From NCBI GenBank assembly GCA_051013385.1, contig CP143273.1:1952001-2016000 (forward strand): a stretch of 64,000 nucleotides of DNA. Direction: 5' to 3'. Positions 51,083 through 63,722 of this stretch are shown piece after piece. Under the pieces are notes generated by a model. The model did no database searches. It worked only from the letters and a program-made list of their open reading frames with translations, and had not been told where the DNA came from. The DNA comes from Phormidium sp. GTDB lineage: Bacteria > Cyanobacteriota > Cyanobacteriia > Cyanobacteriales > Aerosakkonemataceae. The first letter of the stretch is position 1; each line of letters starts with the position of its first letter. Both the position numbers and the translations under genes were made by a program.

Positions 51083-52234
51083 ATGCTAAACCACCCGCCA
51101 AGAATTTTGCTTGTAGATGACGAGCCTGTGAATATTACTTTACTAGAAAGTTTACTCCAATCAGAAGGCTACGATACGCTGTTAGCGGCTTCTGGAATGG
51201 AAGCACTGACAATAGCTAAAACATCAATTCCCGATTTAATTATACTGGATATTATGATGCCAGGGATGAATGGTTTTGAGGTTTGCCAAAAATTACGAGA
51301 AGATAGTATTTTAAAAACTATACCAATTATTTTTTTGACGGCATTAGATGACGATCGGTTTAAATTGCGTGGTTTAGAAGTGATGGGAGACGATTATTTA
51401 ACTAAGCCGTTTAAAAATAACTTACTTTTATCAAAGATTGCTAGTATTTTACGGCTTCAGGAAATGCGATCGCAACAAGTTCAACAAGAACTTAAAGAGA
51501 AAACCAAACGCCAATTATCAGCAGCTTGGAATATTAATTTAGCACTTTCCGAAAAGTTACGTTTATTTGTCCCCGATCAATTTCTGCGCCGCATTGCACC
51601 CGCTGGAGTCGAATCAATTCAATTAGGCAATTCTCAAGAAGAAGAAATCACTGTTTTATTTTGTGACATTCGCAAGTTTACGAGTATTTGTGAATCCCAA
51701 TCTCCCAGTGAAACTTTTCAATGGTTAAACGTATTTTTTAGCCAAATGAATGCTTGTATTATCGCAAATTACGGGTTTATTGATAAATACTTGGGTGATG
51801 CTTTAATGGTAGTATTCGATCGTCCAGAAACTCACCCCCAAGATGCGGTAAATGGCGCATTGATGATGCAACAAAAAATCATTGAATTTAATGGCGATCG
51901 AGCCAAATCTAACTTACAAATACCGATTAATATTGGGATTGGAATTCACACAGGTAAAGGGATTATAGGCGCTTTGGGTGCTGATTCTCGGATTGATTCT
52001 ACGGTAATTGGTGATGTGGTAAATACAGCAGCAAGATTACAAGAATTAACCAAACATTACGAATGTGGAATTATCGCTAGTGAGTCAGTAATTTCTCAAT
52101 TGACACAATCAGAATTTTTTGAGGTGCGTTGGATCGATCGCGTAGTACCCAGAGGTAAACAACAAGCACAAGACATTTACGAAATTTGCGGCAAAAGCAT
52201 CCCACCCACCAATACACCACTGATCTTAACTTAA
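51083..52234 (+). CDS. REC-domain class III adenylate/guanylate cyclase
   Basis: REC followed by VLFCDIRKFT, DKYLGD, IGIHTG, GDVVNTAARL. Confidence 0.9.
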   Translation: MLNHPPRILLVDDEPVNITLLESLLQSEGYDTLLAASGMEALTIAKTSIPDLIILDIMMPGMNGFEVCQKLREDSILKTIPIIFLTALDDDRFKLRGLEVMGDDYLTKPFKNNLLLSKIASILRLQEMRSQQVQQELKEKTKRQLSAAWNINLALSEKLRLFVPDQFLRRIAPAGVESIQLGNSQEEEITVLFCDIRKFTSICESQSPSETFQWLNVFFSQMNACIIANYGFIDKYLGDALMVVFDRPETHPQDAVNGALMMQQKIIEFNGDRAKSNLQIPINIGIGIHTGKGIIGALGADSRIDSTVIGDVVNTAARLQELTKHYECGIIASESVISQLTQSEFFEVRWIDRVVPRGKQQAQDIYEICGKSIPPTNTPLILT

Positions 52235-52245
52235 ACAAAATTGCT

Positions 52246-52875
52246 TTAATTATTGGGTTTTAATCTCATCCCCGAACTAGATAAACTATCAGCAAATAAC
52301 CCAATCCCTGTCAGGATAGTATTAGCTGGTACTGCTGGTTGTACGGAAGGATTTAAGGGATAAGTTCTGCCATTAAAACGCATTAAATTATATTCTCGTT
52401 TAGTACCACCGCCACTAGTAAGAAAAACTAAATTTTTCCATCCAGAGTTACGTTGAGGAGTGACTAAAATCGGCGGATTTACTAAAGTGTGTCGAGAAAT
52501 TAATTGGTAATCTTGCCCTTTGGGTGTGTAAATTAAAGCATTACAACCTCCTGAACCGCAAACGTAGGAACCTACTAAATATACAATTACTTCTGGTCGA
52601 TTATCACCGTTTAAATCTAGGCGATTATAATAGTAACGAATGTAATTTTCGGGATTTGTTTCGCTGTAATCAGTCAGGTAATTTCGGAAAATTGTCCGTT
52701 CTAATTTGGTATCTGGGGAGGTTTCGGATTTTAAATACTGGATGTTGCCAATTTTTACTCCATTCAAGGGTTTAAATTGGGTGGTTTGTTGGGATTTGAC
52801 TGGTAAGGTTATTTGTACAATGGTTGTGGTAGTTAAGGCGATCGCACTAACTATCAATCTATTTTTAAATTTCAT
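52246..52875 (-). CDS. Secreted hypothetical protein
   Basis: Signal peptide; DLNGDNRPE, CGSGGC. Confidence 0.7.
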   Translation of the reverse strand: MKFKNRLIVSAIALTTTTIVQITLPVKSQQTTQFKPLNGVKIGNIQYLKSETSPDTKLERTIFRNYLTDYSETNPENYIRYYYNRLDLNGDNRPEVIVYLVGSYVCGSGGCNALIYTPKGQDYQLISRHTLVNPPILVTPQRNSGWKNLVFLTSGGGTKREYNLMRFNGRTYPLNPSVQPAVPANTILTGIGLFADSLSSSGMRLKPNN

Positions 52876-52934
52876 TTTCAGACTTCTGTTAATCTATCTG
52901 GCAAAAAAACGACTTCAGTCGTTACAACGAACTA

Positions 52935-53138
52935 TTATTGATTGTCTGGGTTGTTAGGTTTGGATTCGGAGATTTGGTTGCGGAAAGGCCAGCCCGATCG
53001 CTTATCATAGTTAGATGCGATCGCTAAAAGCAACCCAGCTAAGATGAATGCTGGTAATGGTAATGATAAGTGTTTCATCCACTTAAAAATTTGTGCTAAA
53101 GCAAACAATAACAGGAAGCTAGCAAACCAAACTCTCAT
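52935..53138 (-). CDS. Small two-helix membrane protein
   Basis: GAGG RBS; hydrophobic MRVW...LLAIASN. Confidence 0.65.
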   Translation of the reverse strand: MRVWFASFLLLFALAQIFKWMKHLSLPLPAFILAGLLLAIASNYDKRSGWPFRNQISESKPNNPDNQ

Positions 53139-53263
53139 TTTTTTACCTCACACATAACTTTTGTTAGGAAACAGGGATAATAGTCAGATAGATTTTCATC
53201 GCTTCTTACTTTAGCTATAAAACAGTCAATCTAGACAAAGGTTACACTGGTATTTGTGCTTAG

Positions 53264-55336
<2,073 letters not shown>

Positions 55337-55366
55337 AGAGGTTTTAAGTTATGCCGATTAACATTA

Positions 55367-55432
55367 GGTACGTTGTTGCGCTTTAGCGCTCTTACCCATG
55401 ATAATAAGAGCGCTAAAGCGCAACAACGTACC
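55367..55432. repeat. REP-like hairpin with 28-bp arms
   Basis: GGTACGTTGTTGCGCTTTAGCGCTCTTA ... TAAGAGCGCTAAAGCGCAACAACGTACC. Confidence 0.8.
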
Positions 55433-55468
55433 CATTTCTAAGTAAATAAATTGAGTTAATATCGCCTA

Positions 55469-56392
55469 ATGTTACTTCATCAAAGTTCGGGAAAATGGCG
55501 TTTAGGTTTAGCGCTATCACTGTTAACAGTCTTGTTATGGGGTATTCTACCAATAGCCCTTAAAGTAACGCTTCAAGGATTAGATCCCTACACCGTTACT
55601 TGGTTTAGATTTTTAATGTCTTTTGGGTTACTGGGTGTCTATTTAGCTACCAGAAAACAACTACCTTCAGGAGAAAAATTACGTTCTCTTCCCTTAACTT
55701 TGTTAGGAGTTGCGAGCATATTTTTAGCCCTTAATTATATCCTTTATTTATTGGGTTTAGCCTATACAACTCCCGCAAATGCCCAAGTTTTAATTCAACT
55801 TGCTCCCGTGTTAATGGGATTAGGAGGAATCTACATTTTTAAAGAACGTTATACCCTGATACAATGGACAGGTTTAGGAATATTAACGTTAGGATTTGCC
55901 CTGTTTTTTAATGAACAATTAAAAACCTTGATTACTGCTCAAGGGAAATACTTGTTTGGTTCAGCTTTAATCATAATAGCTGGTATAGTTTGGGCAATTT
56001 ACGGGTTAGCACAAAAGCAACTTTTGCAACAATTAACTTCCGCCAATGTCATGTTATTAATTTATGGCATTTGTGCGGTTTTATTTGCTCCTTTTGCTCA
56101 ACCCCAAGATATACTTAAGTTAACTCCTTTGCAGTTTTCTATGCTAATTTTTTGTGGGTTGAATACCATTATTGCTTATGGTGCTTTCGCTGAATCTTTG
56201 GAACATTGGGAAGCGTCAAGAGTTAGTGCTATATTATCTGCTACTCCTATTGTTACTTTAATATCCGTTTGGATGGTAGCATTATTATTTCCCAGTTGGA
56301 TTGTGACAAATAACCTGACAGTTTTAGGAGTTTTGGGAGCACTTTTAGTTGTATTTGGTTCAATGACTATTGCTTTGGGGAAAAAACATTAA
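55469..56392 (+). CDS. DMT/EamA-family transporter
   Basis: About ten transmembrane helices in two EamA repeats. Confidence 0.88.
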   Translation: MLLHQSSGKWRLGLALSLLTVLLWGILPIALKVTLQGLDPYTVTWFRFLMSFGLLGVYLATRKQLPSGEKLRSLPLTLLGVASIFLALNYILYLLGLAYTTPANAQVLIQLAPVLMGLGGIYIFKERYTLIQWTGLGILTLGFALFFNEQLKTLITAQGKYLFGSALIIIAGIVWAIYGLAQKQLLQQLTSANVMLLIYGICAVLFAPFAQPQDILKLTPLQFSMLIFCGLNTIIAYGAFAESLEHWEASRVSAILSATPIVTLISVWMVALLFPSWIVTNNLTVLGVLGALLVVFGSMTIALGKKH

Positions 56393-56399
56393 TTTCTGA

Positions 56400-56861
56400 G
56401 GCTAAAAACCCGGTTTCTGGTATTGCTGAGTTGCCTTAATAAATTTGCTCCGAGAAACCGGGTTTTTGAATAACGGCTAAAAACCCGGTTTCTGGTATTG
56501 GTAAGTTGCAGTTAATCATCAATTTGCTCCGAGAAACCGGGTTTTTGAATAACGGCTAAAAACCCGGTTTCTGGTATTGCTGAGTTGCAGTTAATCATCA
56601 ATTTGCTCCGAGAAACCGGGTTTTTGAATAACGGCTAAAAACCCGGTTTCTGGTATTGGTGAGTTGCAGTTAATCATAAATTTGCTCCGAGAAACCGGGT
56701 TTTTGAATAACGGCTAAAAACCCGGTTTCTGGTATTGGTGAGTTGCCTTAATAAATTTGCTCCGAGAAACCGGGTTTTTGAATAACGACTAAAAACCCGG
56801 TTTCTGGTATTGGTGAGTTGCAGTTAATAAATTTGCTCAGAGAAACCGGGTTTTTGAATAA
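56400..56861. repeat. Tandem array of six 75-79 bp hairpin units
   Basis: Each unit is AAAAACCCGGTTTCT-loop-AGAAACCGGGTTTTT-GAATAAC. Units start at 56400, 56475, 56554, 56633, 56712 and 56787. Confidence 0.95.
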
Positions 56862-56983
56862 GTAGTGTTGTAGTTGTAGGGTGCGTCAGATAGCATAATT
56901 TTAGGCAACTAATGATAATCTTAAGGTTGTGAGGCACCCTACTTAATCTGAATTCAAAAGACAATGTAGAGATTTTTTATACA

Positions 56984-57025
56984 ACCAAATGTAGAGACGT
57001 TGTATAGAACGTCTCTACATTTGGT
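56984..57025. repeat. REP-like palindrome (second GTAGAGACG copy)
   Basis: ACCAAATGTAGAGACGTTGTATAGAACGTCTCTACATTTGGT. Confidence 0.8.
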
Positions 57026-57257
57026 AAAAATTAAGAGTATTTACTGAAGCGAGAAAAAGACAATCGGTTTTATATTTTAACAAATTTTTTGATAATTGTG
57101 TAAAGCTAATTTGCAGCTTTGTTTAAAATCACAGAAGTCTCGACGTTTGGAAAATTGTTAGTCACTATAGAAGTAGGTAAAGAGCATCGTTGTGCTTGTT
57201 TTGGACGATAAACCGCTAAGTTATTGCAGAATTTATCTTTGTAAAACCTCCTAAATT

Positions 57258-58955
57258 ATGCGTCAATTAACTTCTTCAATCCACAAATCTTTTAACTGGG
57301 TAGGAATTTTGCTAGGAATTTCTCTGCTAACAACTATGGGATCTACTTTTCCTGGACGATCGGCAGAGAGAGTCCAAGTGTCTTTAGATATCTTAAATCG
57401 GACAATTTCTGTAGATTCTTTGGAAGCTTACGCTAAAAGAGGGGTAGTTAACCAAGATTTAGCACCTTACGTTCGATATGTTAATCCCCAAAAACAAACG
57501 CTGTTACGTCAGATTTTACTCAAACGTTTAGAAGTTAGACCGATCGCAGTTTCCCAATTCTTCAACACACCACAAGCTGAAATTTTACTGCGAAGATTAG
57601 GACAAGTTATTCAGACGGAATCAGGACAATATGGTTCCCAAGCAATTCAACAAGCGTTAACTTCCGCCGCTAACGATCCAGAGGGAATTACTTTACTAAA
57701 TGTTTTACGCAAATTTCCTGCTTCTGGAGTCCGAATTGATTTAGCAAAAGGTTTACAATTAGCTGATGATTTATCCAAAGTAATCGAGCAAACTAATAAA
57801 GCAATTGCAGCTGTCAATCAACAAGCAACTACTTTAGCAACAAATCAAACTCCTGCACAAATAGCTGCATTACCAAACTTACGCCAACCGGGATCTTTCA
57901 CTTTTAACAAGCAAACAATACAATTACGAGATCTGCGTCGCAACCGCAGTTTTCAAGCAGATATTTACTTACCAATTCTTGATAATACTAGCCAGCAACC
58001 AACACCAGCACCAGTAATTGTAATTTCTCATGGTGTAGGTTCAGATAGAGAAACCTTTGCTTATTTAGCTCAACATTTAGCTTCTTTCGGATTAGCGGTT
58101 GCTGTGTTGGAACATCCCGGTAGTAATGCACAGCAATTACAAAATTTATTTGAGGGTAGAGCGGAAGAGGTCGCGCAACCTTACGAATTTATTAATCGAC
58201 CTTTAGATGTCAAGTTTCTCCTCGATGAATTAGAAAGACTTTCCCAAACCGATATTCTGTATCAAGGTCGTTTAAATACTCAACAAGTGGGAGTAATTGG
58301 TCAATCTTTTGGTGCTTACACTGCATTGGCTTTGGCGGGTGCAGATATCAATTTTAACAGTTTGAAACAGGATTGTGCTGCTATTAATAATTCTTGGAAT
58401 TTATCACTTTTACTGCAATGCCGCGCTTTAGTTTTACCAAATTATAACTATAATTTGCAAGATTATAGAGTCAAAGCGGTAATTGCTATTAACCCAATTG
58501 GTAGTAGCGTTTTTGGCAAAGATGGACTGAACAATATTAATATTCCGGTTGCCTTAGTTGCGGGTACTGCTGATACAGTTGCACCCGCCTTACCAGAACA
58601 AATTAAGCCTTTTACCTGGCTAAATAACCCCAATCGATATTTGTTAATCATGAATAACGGTACACACTTTTCTACTTTAGCTGAGTCTCAATCTAGTGTA
58701 CCTTTGCCGTCACCAGTAATCGGCCCAAATCCAACCTTGGCGCGTGATTACATGAAAGTTTTGAGTGTGGCTTTCTTTGAATTCTATGTTGCTAATCAGC
58801 CAGAATATCAAGCTTATTTGACTCCATCCTACATTAGATATTTGAGTCAAGAGCCTTTGCCGCTAAGTTTGGTGCGATCGCTCTCCGAAGCTGAGTTACA
58901 ATTAGCATTGGAGCGTCCATCTCCAGAGCTAATCATCTCACCTAATCGTAACTAA
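57258..58955 (+). CDS. DUF1400 alpha/beta hydrolase
   Basis: Signal peptide, DUF1400-like N-terminus, SHGVGS, GQSFG nucleophile elbow, THFS. Confidence 0.85.
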   Translation: MRQLTSSIHKSFNWVGILLGISLLTTMGSTFPGRSAERVQVSLDILNRTISVDSLEAYAKRGVVNQDLAPYVRYVNPQKQTLLRQILLKRLEVRPIAVSQFFNTPQAEILLRRLGQVIQTESGQYGSQAIQQALTSAANDPEGITLLNVLRKFPASGVRIDLAKGLQLADDLSKVIEQTNKAIAAVNQQATTLATNQTPAQIAALPNLRQPGSFTFNKQTIQLRDLRRNRSFQADIYLPILDNTSQQPTPAPVIVISHGVGSDRETFAYLAQHLASFGLAVAVLEHPGSNAQQLQNLFEGRAEEVAQPYEFINRPLDVKFLLDELERLSQTDILYQGRLNTQQVGVIGQSFGAYTALALAGADINFNSLKQDCAAINNSWNLSLLLQCRALVLPNYNYNLQDYRVKAVIAINPIGSSVFGKDGLNNINIPVALVAGTADTVAPALPEQIKPFTWLNNPNRYLLIMNNGTHFSTLAESQSSVPLPSPVIGPNPTLARDYMKVLSVAFFEFYVANQPEYQAYLTPSYIRYLSQEPLPLSLVRSLSEAELQLALERPSPELIISPNRN

Positions 58956-58982
58956 AAATCACCAATTATTCATTACTAAATC

Positions 58983-59882
58983 GTGCAAGGTTTCCTCAAC
59001 TTAAACAAACCATTCGGTATTACTTCTCACGACTGCGTAGCTAAAGTACGCCGTCTATTACATCAAAAAAAAGTCGGACATGGCGGCACATTAGACCCCG
59101 CAGCAACAGGCGTTTTACCCATTGCCTTGGGTAAAGCAACTCGCCTGTTACAATACCTGCGGGAAGATAAGGCGTATCGCGCCACAATTAAACTAGGAGT
59201 AACTACCACTACAGACGATTTGCAAGGAGAAGTAATTGCTCAAAATTCAGCAAATCAATTAACTTTAGAACAGGTGAAATTAGCCTTAGAAAAATTTCAG
59301 GGAAATATTCAACAAATCCCACCTAATTATAGTGCAATTCAAGTTCAAGGTAAACGTTTATATGACTTAGCTCGTGCGGGAGAAAAGATTACAGTTGCCC
59401 CTAGACCTGTGCAAATTCATCAAATAGAAATTTTGGATTGGCGTGCAGGAGAATTCCCGGAATTAGACCTAGAAATTGCTTGTGGGCCTGGTACTTATAT
59501 TAGAGCGATCGCACGCGATTTAGGCATAGCTTTACAAACTGGCGGAACTCTCGCCGCCTTAACTCGCACCGCCAGTTGTGGCTTACAATTCACCGAAAGT
59601 TTGACTTTTACAGAGTTAGAAACTCAATTAGAACAAGGAACATTTAACCCTATTTCTCCAGAAACAGCTTTAAGTCATTTAGAAGTAGTTAACCTAGCCG
59701 AATCAGATGGGCGTCGCTGGTGTCAAGGACAACGCCTATCTCTACCGGAAAATTACCCAAAATATTCTTTCGGCAAAAAGCGCGTCCAACAGGAAACCGG
59801 GCAATTTCTAGGAATTGGGGAAATAGTAAACTCAGATACAACACAGATAATAATTCCCCAACTTGTATTTGAACCAATGTGA
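58983..59882 (+). CDS. truB: tRNA pseudouridine(55) synthase
   Basis: KVGHGGTLDPAATGVL, PPNYSAI, GTYIRAIARDLG. Confidence 0.96.
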   Translation: MQGFLNLNKPFGITSHDCVAKVRRLLHQKKVGHGGTLDPAATGVLPIALGKATRLLQYLREDKAYRATIKLGVTTTTDDLQGEVIAQNSANQLTLEQVKLALEKFQGNIQQIPPNYSAIQVQGKRLYDLARAGEKITVAPRPVQIHQIEILDWRAGEFPELDLEIACGPGTYIRAIARDLGIALQTGGTLAALTRTASCGLQFTESLTFTELETQLEQGTFNPISPETALSHLEVVNLAESDGRRWCQGQRLSLPENYPKYSFGKKRVQQETGQFLGIGEIVNSDTTQIIIPQLVFEPM

Positions 59883-60021
59883 GAAGTGAAAAACGAAGTT
59901 TAGCAAGATTTTATTTGGATTCAATCATCAAGTTAACTTAACATTGCCAAATTTTTGAGCAAAACAATGCTGAACTTGCTATCTTGGAAATATACAAAAA
60001 ACAATTACCAAAGGTATAAAA

Positions 60022-60603
60022 ATGAGTAGGGAAGAGGCAAGAGGAATTATCAATGAATTAAAAACACAGGTGTTCATATTGGGTGGAACGATCGCCCTAA
60101 TGTGGGTTCTAGAATTTTTCGACCTAATCGTTTTCCAAGGTAGACTGGACTACTTTGGGATCGTTCCCGGTTCAGTTATTGGACTGCGTGGCATATTATT
60201 CGCACCGTTTTTACATGGAAACTTTGTACACCTAGCAGCCAACACTATACCCTTTGTAACTCTTGGCTGGTTAATCATGTTACGAGAAACCAGCGATTTT
60301 TTCATTGTCAGTGCCATTTCAATGATAGTTAGTGGTCTAGGAGTTTGGCTATTTGCACCTCCTAATAGTATTCATATTGGTGCTAGTGGAGTTGTGTTTG
60401 GCTATCTGGGTTATTTACTATTTCGGGGCTATTTTCAACGTAGTCCAGGAGCGATTGTTTTATCATTATTCGTAGGCTCGCTTTACGGTAGTATGATTTG
60501 GGGTATTCTTCCGACACAAATTGGCATTTCTTGGCAAGGACATTTGTTTGGCTTTATCGGTGGTGCGATCGCAGCGCGTTTACTTACCCGCAAAAAGTAC
60601 TAA
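60022..60603 (+). CDS. Rhomboid intramembrane serine protease
   Basis: PFLHGNFVHL..N, HIGASG, SWQGHLFG. Confidence 0.9.
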   Translation: MSREEARGIINELKTQVFILGGTIALMWVLEFFDLIVFQGRLDYFGIVPGSVIGLRGILFAPFLHGNFVHLAANTIPFVTLGWLIMLRETSDFFIVSAISMIVSGLGVWLFAPPNSIHIGASGVVFGYLGYLLFRGYFQRSPGAIVLSLFVGSLYGSMIWGILPTQIGISWQGHLFGFIGGAIAARLLTRKKY

Positions 60604-60781
60604 AATTATTGCTAAAAAGCGCTGTAACTGTTACCACAATTCTCAATCACCCTATCAGATAACTGAAAAACACCAAATATATAGGTAGTTGACGAGAGTA
60701 GCTAACTTAGGGATACTGATGGTCTATCGGGGCGCAGATACAAAAGCTACCTAAGTCCCCTACAGTGAGGAGTTTAACCTG

Positions 60782-61174
60782 ATGACCAATCTGTGTCAAA
60801 AAGTCGCTTTAGCCAGTGCTGCTACTGTTGCAGTTGCCGCTACTATAATCATGGCTGAGTCTGCCTCGGCTCAAAGCGTTGCTATTTGCCAGAGCGTTAA
60901 TTTTGAAACCATAAGATGTTCAATTAACACCCGACGTGGTGTATTTCTCGAAAGACAATTATCTCGCGCCGCTTGCATAGAGGGTGTTAATTGGACTTAC
61001 GGTAGAGGTTTTGTTTGGGTAAGAAACGGATGTCGCGCTGAATTTCGCTCAGGCGATGTCAGCGATAACTGGAAAGCTCCCGACGAAGAAATATGTTGTA
61101 TCCAAGAGTGTTACCAACCACCAAGACGCAGACAGCGTGTTCGTCGCCCCAGAAGAATTCCGCGTTGCCCATAA
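60782..61174 (+). CDS. Secreted DUF3011-like protein with a cationic Cys/Arg tail
   Basis: GAGGAG RBS; signal peptide; CQS...C...RQLSRAACIEG..W....VWVRNGCRAEF. Confidence 0.75.
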   Translation: MTNLCQKVALASAATVAVAATIIMAESASAQSVAICQSVNFETIRCSINTRRGVFLERQLSRAACIEGVNWTYGRGFVWVRNGCRAEFRSGDVSDNWKAPDEEICCIQECYQPPRRRQRVRRPRRIPRCP

Positions 61175-61268
61175 TAGGGGGCAGGGGGAAAGTTTTGAGT
61201 TTTGAATGAGAGAGTTTTGAGTTAACTGAGATAAGAGCACCATTCTCAACAAGACTTGAAAAACCGGG

Positions 61269-61868
61269 TTATGAACGAAAAATCTGGGCTTTCAGATGCG
61301 AAGGTGAAATATCTCGGTCAAAAACAACTATATTTGCTCCTATTTGATGAGCGCGAAAAGCAATTTCTTCAACTTTACCTTGACCGACTACAGTTTGAGG
61401 ATGGGGACGACTGCGCTTTTGAGTGATTGTGTCTAATACTTCCCCACCAGCACTTTCAACTAACCGCACCAGTTCTGCGAGTCCATCTTGAAAACGCTGC
61501 TCTGAAACATCTTCTGTAATTAATCCTACTAGCAAAACTCTGTCTTGGTCAGATACAATATCTTGCGAAGGAAACGTTTCATAACCTGCTTCTTCAAACT
61601 CACTTTCCCATTCATCAACTAATTCATCAAAATCCATCTCGGTAAGGTCATCCAAACTGAGAGGCGGAGAAACTATCCAAGGTTTTTCTTCACCAGGTAC
61701 GGGATGAGCTAAATAAGCTTCTTTAACATTCTCTGAATGTCCATTTTTATTGGGTGCGACAGTCAAAACTACCAAAGCATCTAAGCGCTGTCTTGTCATA
61801 GCAATTAAGGTTGCTTCGTCAGGTATTCCTGGTTTAAGCTGAGTAGCAACGCAATGAATTCCACTAAA
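61269..61868 (-). pseudogene. hflX: Internal fragment of GTPase HflX
   Basis: SGIHCVATQLK...RLDAL...ELVRLVESAGG...VGQGKVEE...VFDRDISP. The N-terminus and G-domain are missing. Confidence 0.8.
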
Positions 61869-62048
61869 ATTTCCAAATGCTTACTACATAAGCTTTCCCC
61901 CTTCCCCCTTACCCCTTCCCCCTGCCAAAAAACAGGGTTTTCCACCACAAGTACGGGAGAGCCTATTTCAGTCCTCTTTAGAGGACTTTCGCTATGAGCC
62001 TGGGACTTGAGTCCCAGGCGGATTTAGGAACTGGTGCAAGATCTGAGC

Positions 62049-62678
62049 TTATCCCTTACCTTTGACTTCTCTGGGATGGTGAGGACGACAGGGACTACCC
62101 CAACAAACTTGTCCGGCTGGCAAACTGCGAAAAACGCTGCTGCGTGCGCCCACTATAGTATTTGCGCCAATTTCTACACCTGGGCCAACAAAGGAGTCAG
62201 TTGCTACCCAAACGCCGTTACCGATCGCAATCGGCGCAGTAATTAAACTAAAAGTGGGGTCTTCAAAGTTGTGATTTCCGGTGCAAAGGTAGCATTCTTG
62301 GGAAATAACGCTGTGACGACCGATGCGAATGTAATCCAAACTGTACAAAACTACGTCATCACCAATCCAGCTGTAGTCGCCTATTTCTACTTTCCAAGGG
62401 TAAGTGAAACGGGCGGTGGGTCGAATGACGACACCTTTGCCGATTTTTGCCCCAAATAAACGCAATAAGGCGATTCTGGGTGCGTGGAGTTGGTGGGGAG
62501 TGAGGGGAAATGCGATCGCTTGCACCAACCACCAAAGTAAAATTATCCAATTAGAACGACCGCGATCGAAATTTGATTGATCGTACTTTCGTAAATCCAT
62601 CCAAGGTTCTGCATCCATTAAAGGGTCTTTTTTGGATGCAGAATTTGGATCGGCTGGTTCAGGAACCAACTGAGTCAT
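62049..62678 (-). CDS. WcaF/HpsU-like polysaccharide acetyltransferase
   Basis: Left-handed beta-helix; LRLFGAKIG, YPWKVEIGDYSWIGD, GSPCR. Confidence 0.88.
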   Translation of the reverse strand: MTQLVPEPADPNSASKKDPLMDAEPWMDLRKYDQSNFDRGRSNWIILLWWLVQAIAFPLTPHQLHAPRIALLRLFGAKIGKGVVIRPTARFTYPWKVEIGDYSWIGDDVVLYSLDYIRIGRHSVISQECYLCTGNHNFEDPTFSLITAPIAIGNGVWVATDSFVGPGVEIGANTIVGARSSVFRSLPAGQVCWGSPCRPHHPREVKGKG

Positions 62679-63642
62679 AAGCTGTAGAATCGCTAGTGGT
62701 AGGAGAATCGGCTATAGGTGTGACAGTTTTTGCGGGAGTAACTGGTTGTGGTGCGTTGTTTAACTGACCACCAAAACGACGTAATTCGTAGAGTTTTACC
62801 CCAATTTGAAATTCGTATTGGCTCAAAAGTCTAGCATAAGTATATCCGGCTCTCCCATCTAAAAAGCCTAATTGAAAAACATAACTGAGCAAAAAGCGCA
62901 GAGTGGGTTTAAAAGGTAAGCGTACCCAAACTTTCTTTAAAAAACGTTTGCGTTGGACGGCATCTCCCAAAATATTAGCGCCGATCGTACCATCATCGCC
63001 TCTACCAGTTAACAAGTTCAAATAAACACGGGCTTCCCAATTAGAATAGCGATTGTGTCGCTCTAACCAGTGATAAATATCCCGAAAGTCTATGTGCAGC
63101 ATATCATTTTTGAGATAGCCAACTTTGCCTTCTAAAACTACGTGCTCATGAACTTCGTTATCTCCCGTATTGCGAATTTCTTCTGTTCCTAAGTTTTCAT
63201 AACGTCCTTTTTGGTGACGCAATAGGCGTAAATTCCAATCGGGATATCTCCCACCATGCTGAATCCAAGTTCCCAGGAAAAACACTTTCCGATTTAAGTA
63301 ATAGCCGTTGTAATCTGGGTTTTCAATGGCAGCAGCAATTTCTGCCCACAATTCTGGGGTGATGCGTTCGTCACAATCGACTATTAACACCCATTCATTG
63401 CGGAAGGGCAAATTTTCTAATGACCAGTTTTTCTTTTTCGGCCAACGACCGTTAAAGTAAAACTGAACTACATTTGCTCCGTATTTTTGGGAAATTTCTA
63501 TCGAGCGATCGCTACTTTGCGAATCCACTACAAAAACTTCATCTGCCACTGCTACACTTTCTAAACAAGCTGGCAAGTTAGCTTCTTCGTTTTTGGCGGG
63601 AATCAACACGGAGACTGGGATTTTTTGGGCTGTGGCAGTCAT
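62659..63642 (-). CDS. GT2 glycosyltransferase
   Basis: SVLIPAKNE, VDSQSSD, VDCDE, EVHE. Confidence 0.9.
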   Translation of the reverse strand: MTATAQKIPVSVLIPAKNEEANLPACLESVAVADEVFVVDSQSSDRSIEISQKYGANVVQFYFNGRWPKKKNWSLENLPFRNEWVLIVDCDERITPELWAEIAAAIENPDYNGYYLNRKVFFLGTWIQHGGRYPDWNLRLLRHQKGRYENLGTEEIRNTGDNEVHEHVVLEGKVGYLKNDMLHIDFRDIYHWLERHNRYSNWEARVYLNLLTGRGDDGTIGANILGDAVQRKRFLKKVWVRLPFKPTLRFLLSYVFQLGFLDGRAGYTYARLLSQYEFQIGVKLYELRRFGGQLNNAPQPVTPAKTVTPIADSPTTSDSTAYDSVGS

Positions 63643-63722
63643 GATTAGTGGTGCTTAATTTAGCAATAAACTTCAAGATAGTCGGCGAGCGAGCCAATGA
63701 GGAACTAACTCATCGCCTGTTC

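Noticed and set aside
56400..56861. Possible CRISPR array
   Set aside because: The intervening sequences are near-identical rather than unique spacers, and no cas genes are in view.
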